Assembly: GCF_006345805.1 (NCBI RefSeq)
Contig: NC_043011.1
Coordinates: 57,486,464 to 57,550,463 of the forward strand
DNA length: 64,000 nucleotides
Direction of reading: 5' to 3'
Source: Octopus sinensis
Lineage: Eukaryota
Below the pieces are notes generated by a model that searched no databases, was not told the DNA's origin, and was given only the letters and a program-made list of their open reading frames with translations. A program made the position numbers and the translations under genes. Positions 41,220 to 52,106 of the stretch are shown piece after piece (the first letter of the stretch is position 1; every line of letters starts with the position of its first letter).

Positions 41220-41607
41220 TATGTGTAAAGGTAAGATCCAAGGATCAAGGTGTAGGAAGTTAGTGAGCTTCAAGCAATCTGTAGAAGATGTAAAAAAAAA
41301 ACCAAACAAACCTTTCAGGAACAATTGTGTTTTATTGGAGCAGAAGTTTTTGAATTTTTCCCGTATCGCAAGTAAGCTTAGCTGAAAAAAGTTAATTTTA
41401 TAATTCACAGTTAGCAACAGGGGTTGTTTTATATGCGAATAAGCATTCAAGAATTAAAGAATGGAGCATATAAAATCCAGGCTACATACGTATCAAGGCT
41501 AGAGAAACCTAGGAAGCAATAAATTATCCAAACGAGGGGTTGACCCCAAGCTACTTTCAGGCCAAGGATACATTGATTATTTGAAGTTTACATTTTCATT
41601 GGGAGCC

Positions 41608-41686
41608 CCCGTGTTAGAAAGTGTTAGAAGGTGTTAGATCCCGTGTTAGAAAGTGTTAGAAGGTGTTAGATCCCGTGTTAGAAAGT
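41608..41686 (+). repeat. 32-bp tandem repeat (~2.5 copies) built from GTGTTAGA subunits
   Basis: CCCGTGTTAGAAAGTGTTAGAAGGTGTTAGAT at 41608 and 41640, partial copy at 41672. Confidence 0.9.
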
Positions 41687-43418
41687 ACAGTTCAAGATGA
41701 AAACATTGCTGTGAAAAAGAATTAAAAATAAAAGAAAAATGTATATGGGGGTGGGTAAGTTTGTAAATGAGAAGAATATGAGTAAAGAGGGGCGGTTAGG
41801 GGGAGGAAAGTTTGGAGTAGAAATTGACTGCAGAGATGTCTTTATGAATTTATGCTTGGGTCGTTTCCGGTTTGTTCAAGGATAGGTTGAGTAAACATGT
41901 AGCATTTCATAAAGCCATTTAAACAGAGACAAAAGGATTGAGATATAGGAATGGTATTTGAAATGCAACGGAATTACTGCACTACTGAAGATTGCGGCGC
42001 AAGCGAAGTTCCATAAAGCGAAAACCATATCCCTAATGATTTATATGTTATATAACATAGATGTCAAAGGAGAGTATATATTTCTGCCAGGCGGGTGATA
42101 GCTTTGGTTATAGACGTTGACCAAAGATATTGGCATAGAAGAGGTTAGTTACGCATTTTTCGTTGGATAAACGAGCAACGTGAAACCGACGTCTCTTCCA
42201 AAAGGTAATTTACCATCCTCACACACTCACGCGCCTTCACACACTCCAACATATGCACACATGCATATACATACACACAAAAGCACGTGCACACACAGAG
42301 ACACACATAGACACAAGCACCACACACATATAGAAATATGTGTGTGTGTATGTATGTGTGTGTGTGTATGTGTGTATGTATGTGTGTGTGTATGTGTGTC
42401 TGTGTATATATATATAATTTTATGTATGTATATATATAATATATATATGTATATATATATAATATATATATATATATTTATATACATACCTTTATGTATT
42501 TGTTTTGCAAGACTCTTGATATGAAATTGTGTGTTGAAACAGTTATTTTTATATTTCGAGACTGTAATGTTTTGGCCAAACAAACACACGCACTGTATAT
42601 TAGCTTTTCAATTCAGCTTTATTCTTCAGTTCTTATTTTTATTGTGCTTACTATGAGCTGAAGTGAAGAACGAATATACAGTGCGTGTGTTTATTTGGCA
42701 AAAGAAGACCATCAGAAATATAACACACACACACACACATACACATGCATACTTATATATGTATATATCTATGTGCACATATACACATGCACATATACAG
42801 GCGTACACACACACACTCGTATATATACATTCACAAAAACGTCTGTGTTTGGTGTGCGTTTAGACTATATACCAACTTTAGTTTCGTAGTTCCCATCATA
42901 TTTTCAATTAAGTTTTGGGAAATTTAAAATGATTCATAACAAAGGTCAGTCACTGATAAAAATCTTTTCTCTTCATCATCTTCATCATCATCATCACCAC
43001 ATCCACCACCATCACCATCACCATCAATATTTCCATATTATCACTTAATAGAAAAATCAATAATTGAAACTCTAGAATAATTATGAATGATGATAGCTAT
43101 TTTCTTCTAATTGGTTCTATTAAAAAAAAAATTTGGACGCTAAAAATCCAAGTGATTGATCACAGCGCTAAATACAGTATATACCCCGGTAAAATGTCTG
43201 TGTTGAAGTAATGGGGTGGCGGGTAAAAATGCAAAATTCTATATGTATCAGTTTGATACAGAAAAGTGTAAGACGGATCTGATGAGGCTTGAACGCAGTA
43301 TAATTAGATTCATAGGTGATCCTTTTGCAGATTTCACCAAAGAGTTGATATCGGTGCTGAGTGTTATATTTGAAACTTTAATTTCTATCTTGCTATTGTG
43401 GGATAACCTATGTTGCTA

Positions 43419-43595
43419 GAGAAGCTCAAGTGAGAGAAGCTCAAGTGAGAGAAGCCAAAGTGAGAGAAGCTCAAGTGAGAGAAGCCAAAGTGAGAGAAGC
43501 TCAAGTGAGAAAAGCTCAAGTGAGAGAAGCTCAAGTGAGAAAAGCTCAAGTGAGAGAAGCCAAAGTGAGAGAAGCTCAAGTGAGAGAAGCTCAAA
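43419..43595 (+). repeat. 15-bp minisatellite, ~11.8 copies
   Basis: Units GAGAAGCTCAAGTGA, GAGAAGCCAAAGTGA and GAAAAGCTCAAGTGA. Confidence 0.95.
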
Positions 43596-43789
43596 CTACC
43601 AACTGGATAGAAAGCGGGAGAATAATCACCGCCAGACGTAAAGTGCGACCAGAATATGTCTTGGTAACGTGTTTGTTAATTGGATTTGGTAGCTCTACCG
43701 TCACGAGCAGGGGTAGTCACACTCCCATGGCCCGTTTCCATTGATTCCTTTAAACATCTAGGCTTTAAAAGATTCAGAGACAGATGTGT

Positions 43790-44005
43790 GTGTGTGTATT
43801 TTCGCGCCCTCCACAGCTTCACAACAACTGGTGTTTCTTCGTGTATGTCCCCGTAACTAAGCGTTTCGCTATAAGAGACTGAGGGAGTGAGTTCCAGGGT
43901 TAGAAAACTAAGTCCTGGGGTCGATTCGCGTCGACTAAAGTTGTCCAAGGCAGTGCTCCAGCATGGCCGCAGTCTAATGATTGAAAAAGTGACGGGGACA
44001 TACAC
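43790..44005 (+). mobile_element. Family B SINE 3' half
   Basis: GTCCCCGTAACTAAGCG...AAGTCCTGGGGTCGATT...GGCAGTGCTCCAGCATGGCCGCAGTCTAATGA. Confidence 0.8.
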
Positions 44006-44042
44006 GAAGTAACACCGGTTGTTAAACGGTGTTGGGCGAGAT

Positions 44043-44074
<32 letters not shown>

Positions 44075-44173
44075 CATTATATATATATATGCGTACATAT
44101 ATATAAATACATGTATACATATATATATATATAATATATGTATATATATATATATATATTATATATATATATA

Positions 44174-44655
44174 TAACAATTAAAAATGAGGGTGTCTAAA
44201 AGACACCAACATGCCGAAATAGCAGTCGAAACACTGACTATAGTACCACGTTAAATGTTCATATCGCACCATGAGGTAAAGCGGAGGGACAAAACATACA
44301 AGCAAAAATTATTGAATAATTCAAGATCCAAGGATTTCTGGTTCTGCTTTAGATAAGCTTTACCGTCATCAATTGAATATATATATATCTGCATATATAT
44401 ATATCTGTATTTATGTGCATATATATATCTGTATTTATGTACCCTTGATATATTCAATTGATGACGGTAAAGCTTATCTAAAGCAGAACCAGAAATCCTT
44501 GGATCTTGAATTATTCAATAATTTTTGCTTGTATGTTTTGTTCCTCCGCTTTACCTCATGGTGCGATATGAACATTTAACGTGGTACTATAGTCAGTGTT
44601 TCGACTGCTATTTCGGCATGTTGGTGCTCTTTAGACACCCTCATTTTTATTGTTA
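44174..44655. repeat. Large fold-back palindrome, arms about 210 bp, ~64-bp low-complexity spacer
   Basis: Arms differ at only about 4-5 positions. The ORF track shows the same peptide YSIDDGKAYLKQNQKSLDLELFNNFCLYVL on both strands. Confidence 0.96.
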
Positions 44656-44735
44656 AAAATTTGTTTACCTTGTAAGGTATTCTTTCATGCTGGCCACTTG
44701 ATAATTCGACACTTAAATATCGATATTATCCTCAT

Positions 44736-44741
44736 ATATAA

Positions 44742-44796
<55 letters not shown>

Positions 44797-45042
44797 ATAT
44801 ATATGCGTACATATATATACATACATGTATACAATATTATTATATGTATATTATATATATATACATATACATATATAATATATATATATATAATATATAT
44901 ATATATAATGTATATATATATATGTATATATAATATATATATATGTAATATATTATATAAATATGTATATAAGGTATGCATATTATATTTATATAATATA
45001 TATATAATTGTAGATGTATATAATGTATATATATATATAAGT

Positions 45043-45087
<45 letters not shown>
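44736..45087. repeat. Long degenerate (TA)n tract
   Basis: Directly visible. Confidence 0.95.
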
Positions 45088-45088
<1 letters not shown>

Positions 45089-46609
45089 CATCTATAAATG
45101 AGTCTATGCAAATCCGTATATGTTTGTGTGTTTGTGTGTCTGGATACGTGTTTTTGTTCCTCTGCAGATTCCGTTTCTGTTTCTTTTGCTGTTGGAATTG
45201 TAATTCCAACAGCAAACCCTCGCCATAGATCACAACGTATTTGCGATCATTTTGATTATGGTTATGAAACTTGAAAGTTGACAGCAACTTAACACATTTT
45301 CTTCAGATCCATTATTACAAGAAAGTTTCGCCATTTTAGTTCCTGACATCAGCTTCGGTTATCATAACCAGAGCGTCTATCCCATTTGTTGAAAGTTATA
45401 CGCCAGTTTATCGAAAATTTCTCTTGTCAAATTGCAGGTATATTTTCTATGGTATCAATCACCAATGCTTTTAAATATACAGAAGTTGTGGATGTTCTAT
45501 GGAAGAAGAAAATATATGTAGAATACTGCACGGCAAATATACAGACATGCAATGCAAGCTAAATTCATACAATTTTCTTCTTGATCGAGAGGATAAAACG
45601 ATGCGATAATTTTCTTCGATTCCTTCAAGTTTTTCAAAACTAAATCAGAAGAGAAATCTGCGTTCAAGACTTTTGAGACGGAAGAAATGAAGGAGGAAGT
45701 CTGTGCTGCAAAACAACGCGAAGCTGGCTCCACACGGACGACAATCCTTCAACCTATGGGTCTGTTTAAGGTAGTCGTTGCTGATGAGGGTTTCACGAGG
45801 TCGGAGTGCCAATCCTCCATCAATTTCTTTTAGTCGCCTCTTTACGACACGCAGAGGAAAAGGGTCTATTCTTTGACATGTCGGTTCCCAAAACAGCACA
45901 ACGGAAGAGAGGGAGACACTATTACCGATGGTTTGTGGCAATAACAAATAGTGTATCAATATATCGAGTTAAACTTTGGATGCCCGTCGCCCTTGATGTT
46001 TCTCATAAACTGCACTCCGAGAACCAATTGGCCAAGTAAGATGGCGTTAAAAGCGAAGTTGTATCAAAATAATGTTTTGATACCTTTTTCCAACTCGATT
46101 TGTTGTTTAGCTCCAGGTGAAGTCCCAATGAACTGACCTGTAATTAAAAGTATTCCAACAAAGATTAAAGGAACATTTCATTTTTCATAAGGAATGTGTG
46201 AATCGAAAAAGATTTGGCTGTTATTTTTATAATAGAGCATTTAACAGACTGCCTCCTGGTGGGTGTTCAAACTCTATGTACTCTGAGTTTAAAACCCATT
46301 GCTGTCAATGAAAAAAACAGAAATAATCCAGGATGGTTGATTAGCAGAGCAGTTAGAGGGATATCTCTATTGGTATTAAGCTGTATCGCCTGATTTTTCA
46401 TTTGCATAAACATCGGAGGCTGGCAGGGACAGGCAACTGGCAGTCTTCTTCAAATCCTTGAGCAGACATTTGCCAAACACGGTCAACTTTAACCGACTCC
46501 GATCATGTAAAGTCACTCTCCGCTGGATCGTTCGAAATCTATCCTACATAGGTAACCGTCAATGCTATGTGACCATATCACATGTATCGATCAGAGTATT
46601 AGCTAATAG

Positions 46610-46885
46610 GCATACACCGCTGACAACAATGCGCTTCCAATTCTTTCTTAATTTCACCGTACTCTTCCATCTTGTTCGAAATCTTTTAACTAAATCCTCT
46701 TCCAAACATCGTGGGATGCATTTCAAGTGACCTTTTCCGAATACCACTCGACTACTGCACTGTTGTCTGTGAACCTTGCAACGTGACCAGCGCAGCGAAA
46801 CTTATGTCTTCGGTATTCTGCGACCACGTCGTTCATTCTGCAACCTTCTCGAATGACCTTATTTCGGATATGTAGCCATATTGTC
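46610..46885 (-). mobile_element. RTE-clade LINE 3' coding relic
   Basis: IREGCRMNDVVAEYRRHKFRCAGHVARFTDN...VVEWY and, after a frameshift, PRCLEEDLVKRFRTRWK match the RTE C-terminal KWxWAGHxAR...EW...RWxDDL motifs. Confidence 0.75.
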
Positions 46886-47058
46886 TCTCTCTCTCTCTCT
46901 CTCTCTCTCCTTGCCCCTCTCTCTCTTTCTTCCATGAACCCAATTAACCTCTTTAAAAGCAAACAACCTATATCACTGTGCATTCGAACAGAGAGTAGAA
47001 TTAACAGACTGTAGAATTCAGAACGAAAAAATTCAAATATTTTCAGTAAGGAAATTCA

Positions 47059-47480
47059 GTAGACGTGGCTTTGTGCTAAGTAGCTCGCTTACGAACCACA
47101 TGGTTTCGGGTTCAGTCCCACTGCGTGCCACCTTGGGCAAGTGTCTTCTACTATAGCCTCGGGCCGACCAAAGGCTTGTGAATAGATTTGGTAGACGGAA
47201 ACTGAAAGAAACCCGTCGTATATATGTATATATATGTGTGTATGTTTGTGTATGTGTTTGTGTGTCTGTGTTTGTTTCCCCCCCCCCAACATCGCTTGAC
47301 AACCGATGCTGGTGTGTTTACGTCCCCGTAACTTAGCGGTTCGGCAAATAGACCGATAGAATAAGTACTAGGCTTACAAAGAATAAGTCCTGGGGGCGGA
47401 TTGCCTCGACTAAAGGCGGTGCTCCAGCATGGTCACAGTCAAATGACTGAAACAAGTAAAAGAGTAAAAGAGTAAAGAGT
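47059..47480 (+). mobile_element. Family B SINE, full length, possible 6-bp TSD AATTCA
   Basis: Complete head-CORE-microsatellite-3' module-tail; AATTCA at 47053-47058 and 47481-47486. Confidence 0.92.
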
Positions 47481-48047
47481 AATTCATTTTCCGGATTTTG
47501 AATTCTAACACCGTCGATATCGGCTTAGCACTGCACCCACCGAGGCCGACGATACCAGTAAGACTTTACAATGTACTGGAACAGATTCAATTTCTTGAAA
47601 TTGTATCGTACCGTTCTTCTTCCCATTTGCTTGGCTGAGGCCCAAAGAATTTGGATAGAATAAATAAAACAAATCAATAATTATTTTTTTAAGTGTGAGC
47701 ATTCACTTAGAAATATTTGGTAAATCCTGGTTCTCCATATGCATGCTACATTCCATGTAAGATACTTTACCATATTCATCTCGATTTAATAAGATGTCAC
47801 GTGTCCGCCATTGAACTGAATCAGACTTTAAGCGAAGCAATTGTGATTAAATTTGAGGCTTTTTTTCACTTCTGCTTTTAGAAGGCTAAAACTAGTTTGG
47901 TTGAATGAAGTTCTGTCTTCTTCATTTATTTCGACTAAAGACGGTAATTGCCGATCAATGAATGAATAAGTTGCAAATAAGGCAGTTTAGCGGAAAACAG
48001 GTTTCTTCAGAAAAGACTCGCAACACATTCAAATACAGGCATTTAAA

Positions 48048-48125
<78 letters not shown>

Positions 48126-48149
48126 CCTATCTATCTATCTATCTATCTA

Positions 48150-48185
<36 letters not shown>

Positions 48186-48366
48186 TGCGTACGTTATATA
48201 TATACTCACGCATGTGCGCACACAGGGACATACGCAGGCACATCATTGTGTAATAATATATAGACAGATACACACACATCTGCATATGTGTGTATTAATG
48301 TGTGTATGCGTTCGTTTATATTTGTATATGAGAGAGCATATACATCTCTCTATCTATCAATCAATT

Positions 48367-48449
<83 letters not shown>

Positions 48450-48455
48450 CTATCT
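48048..48455. repeat. Two (TATC)n tracts (48048-48180 and 48360-48455)
   Basis: Directly visible. Confidence 0.93.
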
Positions 48456-48744
48456 ACCGTGTGTGTATACGAAGTGAAGGGGAACGTTTACATGTGTTCA
48501 TGTCGATAATATGCGTGTAAGCAATAACTTTTGAAAGCCTCATGGCGTATTCCTGCCTAGAAACAGAGAAAGCACAGAAAACATTAAAATGCATACACGC
48601 ACCCATACACACAATCTCTATCTCTCTCTTCTCCCCCTCTCTCTTCTCCCCCTCTCTCTCAGATGTACGTACTTCCACTAATATTGGCAACTTATGAATC
48701 GATCTTGTTACATTTTTTTTTCTCTCAGATTTTCTTTCAGCCAT

Positions 48745-49150
48745 GTCTTTTGAGGGGAAGGGCATGTCTATTAACTGGTACTTTATTTTAAGACGGCGAG
48801 CTGGCAGAAACGTTAGCCCGCCGGGCGAGATGCTTAGTGGTATTTCGTCTGCGTTACGTTGTGAGTTCGAATTCCGGCGAGGTCGACTTTGCCTTTCATC
48901 CTTTCGGGGTCGATAAATTAAGTACCAGTTACGCACTGGGGTCGATGTAATCGACTTAATACCTATGTCTGTCCTTGTTTGTCCCCTCTGTGTTTAGCCC
49001 CTGTGGGTAATAAAGAAATAGGTACTTTATTTTATAGACTCCGAAAGGATGAAAAGCAACATTGACCCTTGGCTGGACTTGAACTCAGAAGGTGATAACT
49101 TAGAAGAAATGCTGCTAATGTTGCTAAACATTTTGTTCGACGCGCTGCGG
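48745..49150 (-). mobile_element. Older family A SINE (host) split by a younger family A insertion
   Basis: Host pieces at 48745-48790 and 49021-49150 (CCGAAAGGATGAAAAGC...GAACTCAGAA). Confidence 0.75.
48791..49020 (+). mobile_element. Young family A SINE, long-tail form, with 14-bp TSD
   Basis: GGTACTTTATTTTA at 48777-48790 and 49021-49034. Confidence 0.95.
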
Positions 49151-49349
49151 TCCAGTTGGTTTGCCGCCTTTCTACATAGAAAACATTAAAAAACATGTTT
49201 TGACCCCTTATATTTCGGTCTATTTAAATCGCTTGCGTTGATTCTTCACATTTCTCTTTCTTGAGTGATTTCCCACCCCCTCACAGATGCACCCCACCTG
49301 CCTGAAATCTACTCGTGGATTCTTACATTATTTTTTATATCTTACCTGT

Positions 49350-49545
49350 TACTAAAAGATTCGTTAGCACGCCGGATGAAATGCTTAGCGACATTTTGTC
49401 CGATTTTACGTTCTGAGTTCAAATTCTGTTGAGGTTGATTTTGGCTTTTATTCTTTCGGGGTCGACGAAACAAAGTACCACTTGAGCACTGGGGATGATA
49501 TAATCGACTAATCCCTTCTTCATAAATTGCAAGCCTTGTTTCAGT
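49350..49545 (+). mobile_element. Family A SINE, short-tail form
   Basis: TTCGTTAGCACGCCGGATGAAATGCTTAGC...GTTCTGAGTTCAAATTC...TTTCGGGGTCGA. Confidence 0.82.
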
Positions 49546-49589
49546 CATTGAGCTGTGACCAAACTGGAGCTCCATCTAAAAAGGAGTAG

Positions 49590-50110
49590 ATCAGACCCTA
49601 GTATTTTAATAAGCCCGGTACTTATATCAGTCATTTTTGCCGAGGACGTAGACGAATCAAAACCGGTTGTGAAGTATTGAGTTGGTGGGCTCAAAGTCGG
49701 ACACAAAGACATATATACGGTGGGCTTCTCCACAGTTTTCGTCTATCAAATTCACTCAGCCCGGTGGTATAGTAGAAGACACAGGGCGGCGAGCTGGCAG
49801 AAACGTTAGCACGCCGGGCGAAATGCTTAGCGGTATTTCGTCTGCCGTTACGTTCTGAGTTCAAATTCCGCCGAGGTCGACTTTGCCTTTCATCCTTTCG
49901 GGGTCGATAAATTAAGTACCAGTTACGCACTGGGGTCGATGTAATCGACTTAATACCTATGTCTGTCCTTGTTTGTCCGCTCTGTGTTTAGCCCCTTGTG
50001 GGTAATAAAGAAATAGGTATAGTAGAAGACACTAGCCCAACGTGTTGCACAGTGGAACTGAACCCCAAACCACGTGTTTGCCAAACAAACTCCTTAACCA
50101 CACAACCGTG
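49590..50110 (-). mobile_element. Older family B SINE (host) split by a family A insertion
   Basis: GGGCTTCT...GTCTATCAAATTCACTC...TATAGTAGAAGACAC continues after the insert as TATAGTAGAAGACACTAGCCCAA...GGAACTGAACCCC. Confidence 0.75.
49783..50015 (+). mobile_element. Young family A SINE, long-tail form, with 17-bp TSD
   Basis: GGTATAGTAGAAGACAC at 49766-49782 and 50016-50032. Confidence 0.96.
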
Positions 50111-50506
50111 CCGTCGAATTAAGTCAACATCGACAATTTTCTCATCATTTTTGAGGATTTCATCTTAGAACATATCTGTTAAGGTTGAATAATTGTTTGA
50201 AGAGTGTGTATTCAACTAATCTTTACATTATCAGTTTTATCTTCAGGCGACAACTCTGCAAAGGAAAAACAAAAACGTTTGAATGAAACACGGCCAACTT
50301 TGAACCAGTAAATATGAAGGATGTGGACGTCTCTTTACGCCTCGATGGTTGAATCGCAAAATAAAGTTGGCGCCAGATTTGATTTTCAGCAAATAAAGAA
50401 CTAGAGGATGAGAATATGTATATATATATATATATGTATATGTGTGTGTGTGTATGTATATATATATATAGGTATATATATATGTATATATATATATGTG
50501 TGTGTA

Positions 50507-50571
<65 letters not shown>

Positions 50572-50974
50572 ACAGTAAAATAAACAAAATAAGTTCCCTG
50601 AACTTGCTGTGGAGAGCGTAAAATCCAATGTTTCAGATAGTCTTTCTTCAGGGAAAAGCTGTCAAGAGAGAAATGAGAAAGAAAGACAGGGAGAGAGAAA
50701 CAGAGAGAGAGAGAGAGAGAGAGATGGAGAGAGAGAGAGAGTGAGAGAGAGAGAAAGGCATAGTTAAGTGGTTCGCTACGTAATTATTTGGTTTAGTTGC
50801 AATGGCCTTACTTGGCAATTTAGGCAGCTGTCTTCATCGAAGTCCTTGGTTCCATAAATGCTTTTGGAGTGAAATGCTGTTGACGGAAACAGACGGACGC
50901 CCATCGTATATTCTTTCATATAGTTATAGCTACATACGCATACAAATATACATCGACACATACCAATAGATGCC

Positions 50975-51117
<143 letters not shown>

Positions 51118-52106
51118 GAGGGGAGGTACGACGACGAGCTCGGGGCGAACCTGGACGTCGACGAGGAGTACTTGACCCGCCTGTTCAGGACGACTTTCGG
51201 GCCAGGGCCCATGGACAACTTCCAGAGATCCCTGGCCTGGCAGTGCTACCGAGAAGCGCTACCCGTTCGGGATAAGCTCTACAGACACGGCTCGAGAAAC
51301 ACGGGGCCGACCTGCCTGAGATGCGGTCAGAGCGACGAAACCGTTCTGCACGCACTCGTTCAGTGTCCAACAATTTCCGACCTGTGGGCTTATGTCGAAC
51401 AACTGCTGTCACGTGTGGGACGAGTCGGTTTATCAGCTGAGTCTATCGTCAATATTGTCACGCCTCCTTCCTTCAAACGGGAAGGAAGAGCTATTTTCAT
51501 CATCCTTGTGGCTATGGCGAAAGAATGTATCTGGTGGACGCGTCTGAAAGGATTGGAGACAAACACTTTCCTCTCTGGTCAATCTCTCATCAACTTCTTC
51601 AAGTACCACTTGAAAAGGAAAGTGAGAGTAGAGAGGCAAGTTTTGTCTAGCGAATGTTTTAAAAAAAGATGGGTGAATGTAGCAAGAATGGCACGTATGA
51701 ATGACGAAGCCACCTTGAGCATAATTCTATGAACCCAGAAATTGAAAACAGAGATTTGCTTATTTGCAAAAAAAAAAAAAAAAAAAGAAATATAAAATGT
51801 GACTTCATTGACCGAGGTTACCGTGGTCTTTTCCGTAGGCTTTTCTTTCCACGGGTAAACCTCACCTGTCCTCCCCTTTACACTTCATATTGACATTTCT
51901 GTGATAACGATCCCTATTGATCAATTTTTTTTTTTCCTCTCCCCCCTTTTTTAACCCCCCCTTTTTGTCCTCTTTCTCTCCTTTTACGATCCCTTTTGAT
52001 CGAAACTCCCCCCTTTCCTTTTTTTTTTTTTTAAACCTTCAAAAGAAAAGCTCTACCTTGTAATTTGTTCTATCTGTGTGCAGCCCTGTGTGGCTAATAA
52101 AGAAAC
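51118..52106 (+). mobile_element. 5'-truncated Tx1/L1-clade LINE: ORF2 C-terminus with zf-RVT-type zinc finger plus 3' UTR
   Basis: Frame is open from 51118 to the stop at 51732: SLAWQCYREALPVRDKLYRHG...CLRCGQSDETVLHALVQC...LW (CX2C..HX4C) and AKECIWWTR. CpG-rich, pyrimidine-rich 3' UTR, AATAAA at the end, TATC repeats on both sides. Confidence 0.9.

Noticed and set aside
43419-43595. CRISPR-like array
   Set aside because: Contiguous units with no unique spacers, no cas genes, and a eukaryotic context.
45650-46140. Tc1-like transposase (VLGTDMSK on minus strand)
   Set aside because: A single weak motif with no further catalytic motifs in order.
50590-50660. Intact hammerhead ribozyme (minus strand CTGAAGA...GAAAC) and other CTGANGA hits
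   Set aside because: Stems I-III could not be closed around a valid NUH site in any CTGANGA occurrence I checked.
51172-51732. 186-aa ORF as a host gene
   Set aside because: It is a 5'-truncated LINE ORF2 C-terminus with no genuine start.
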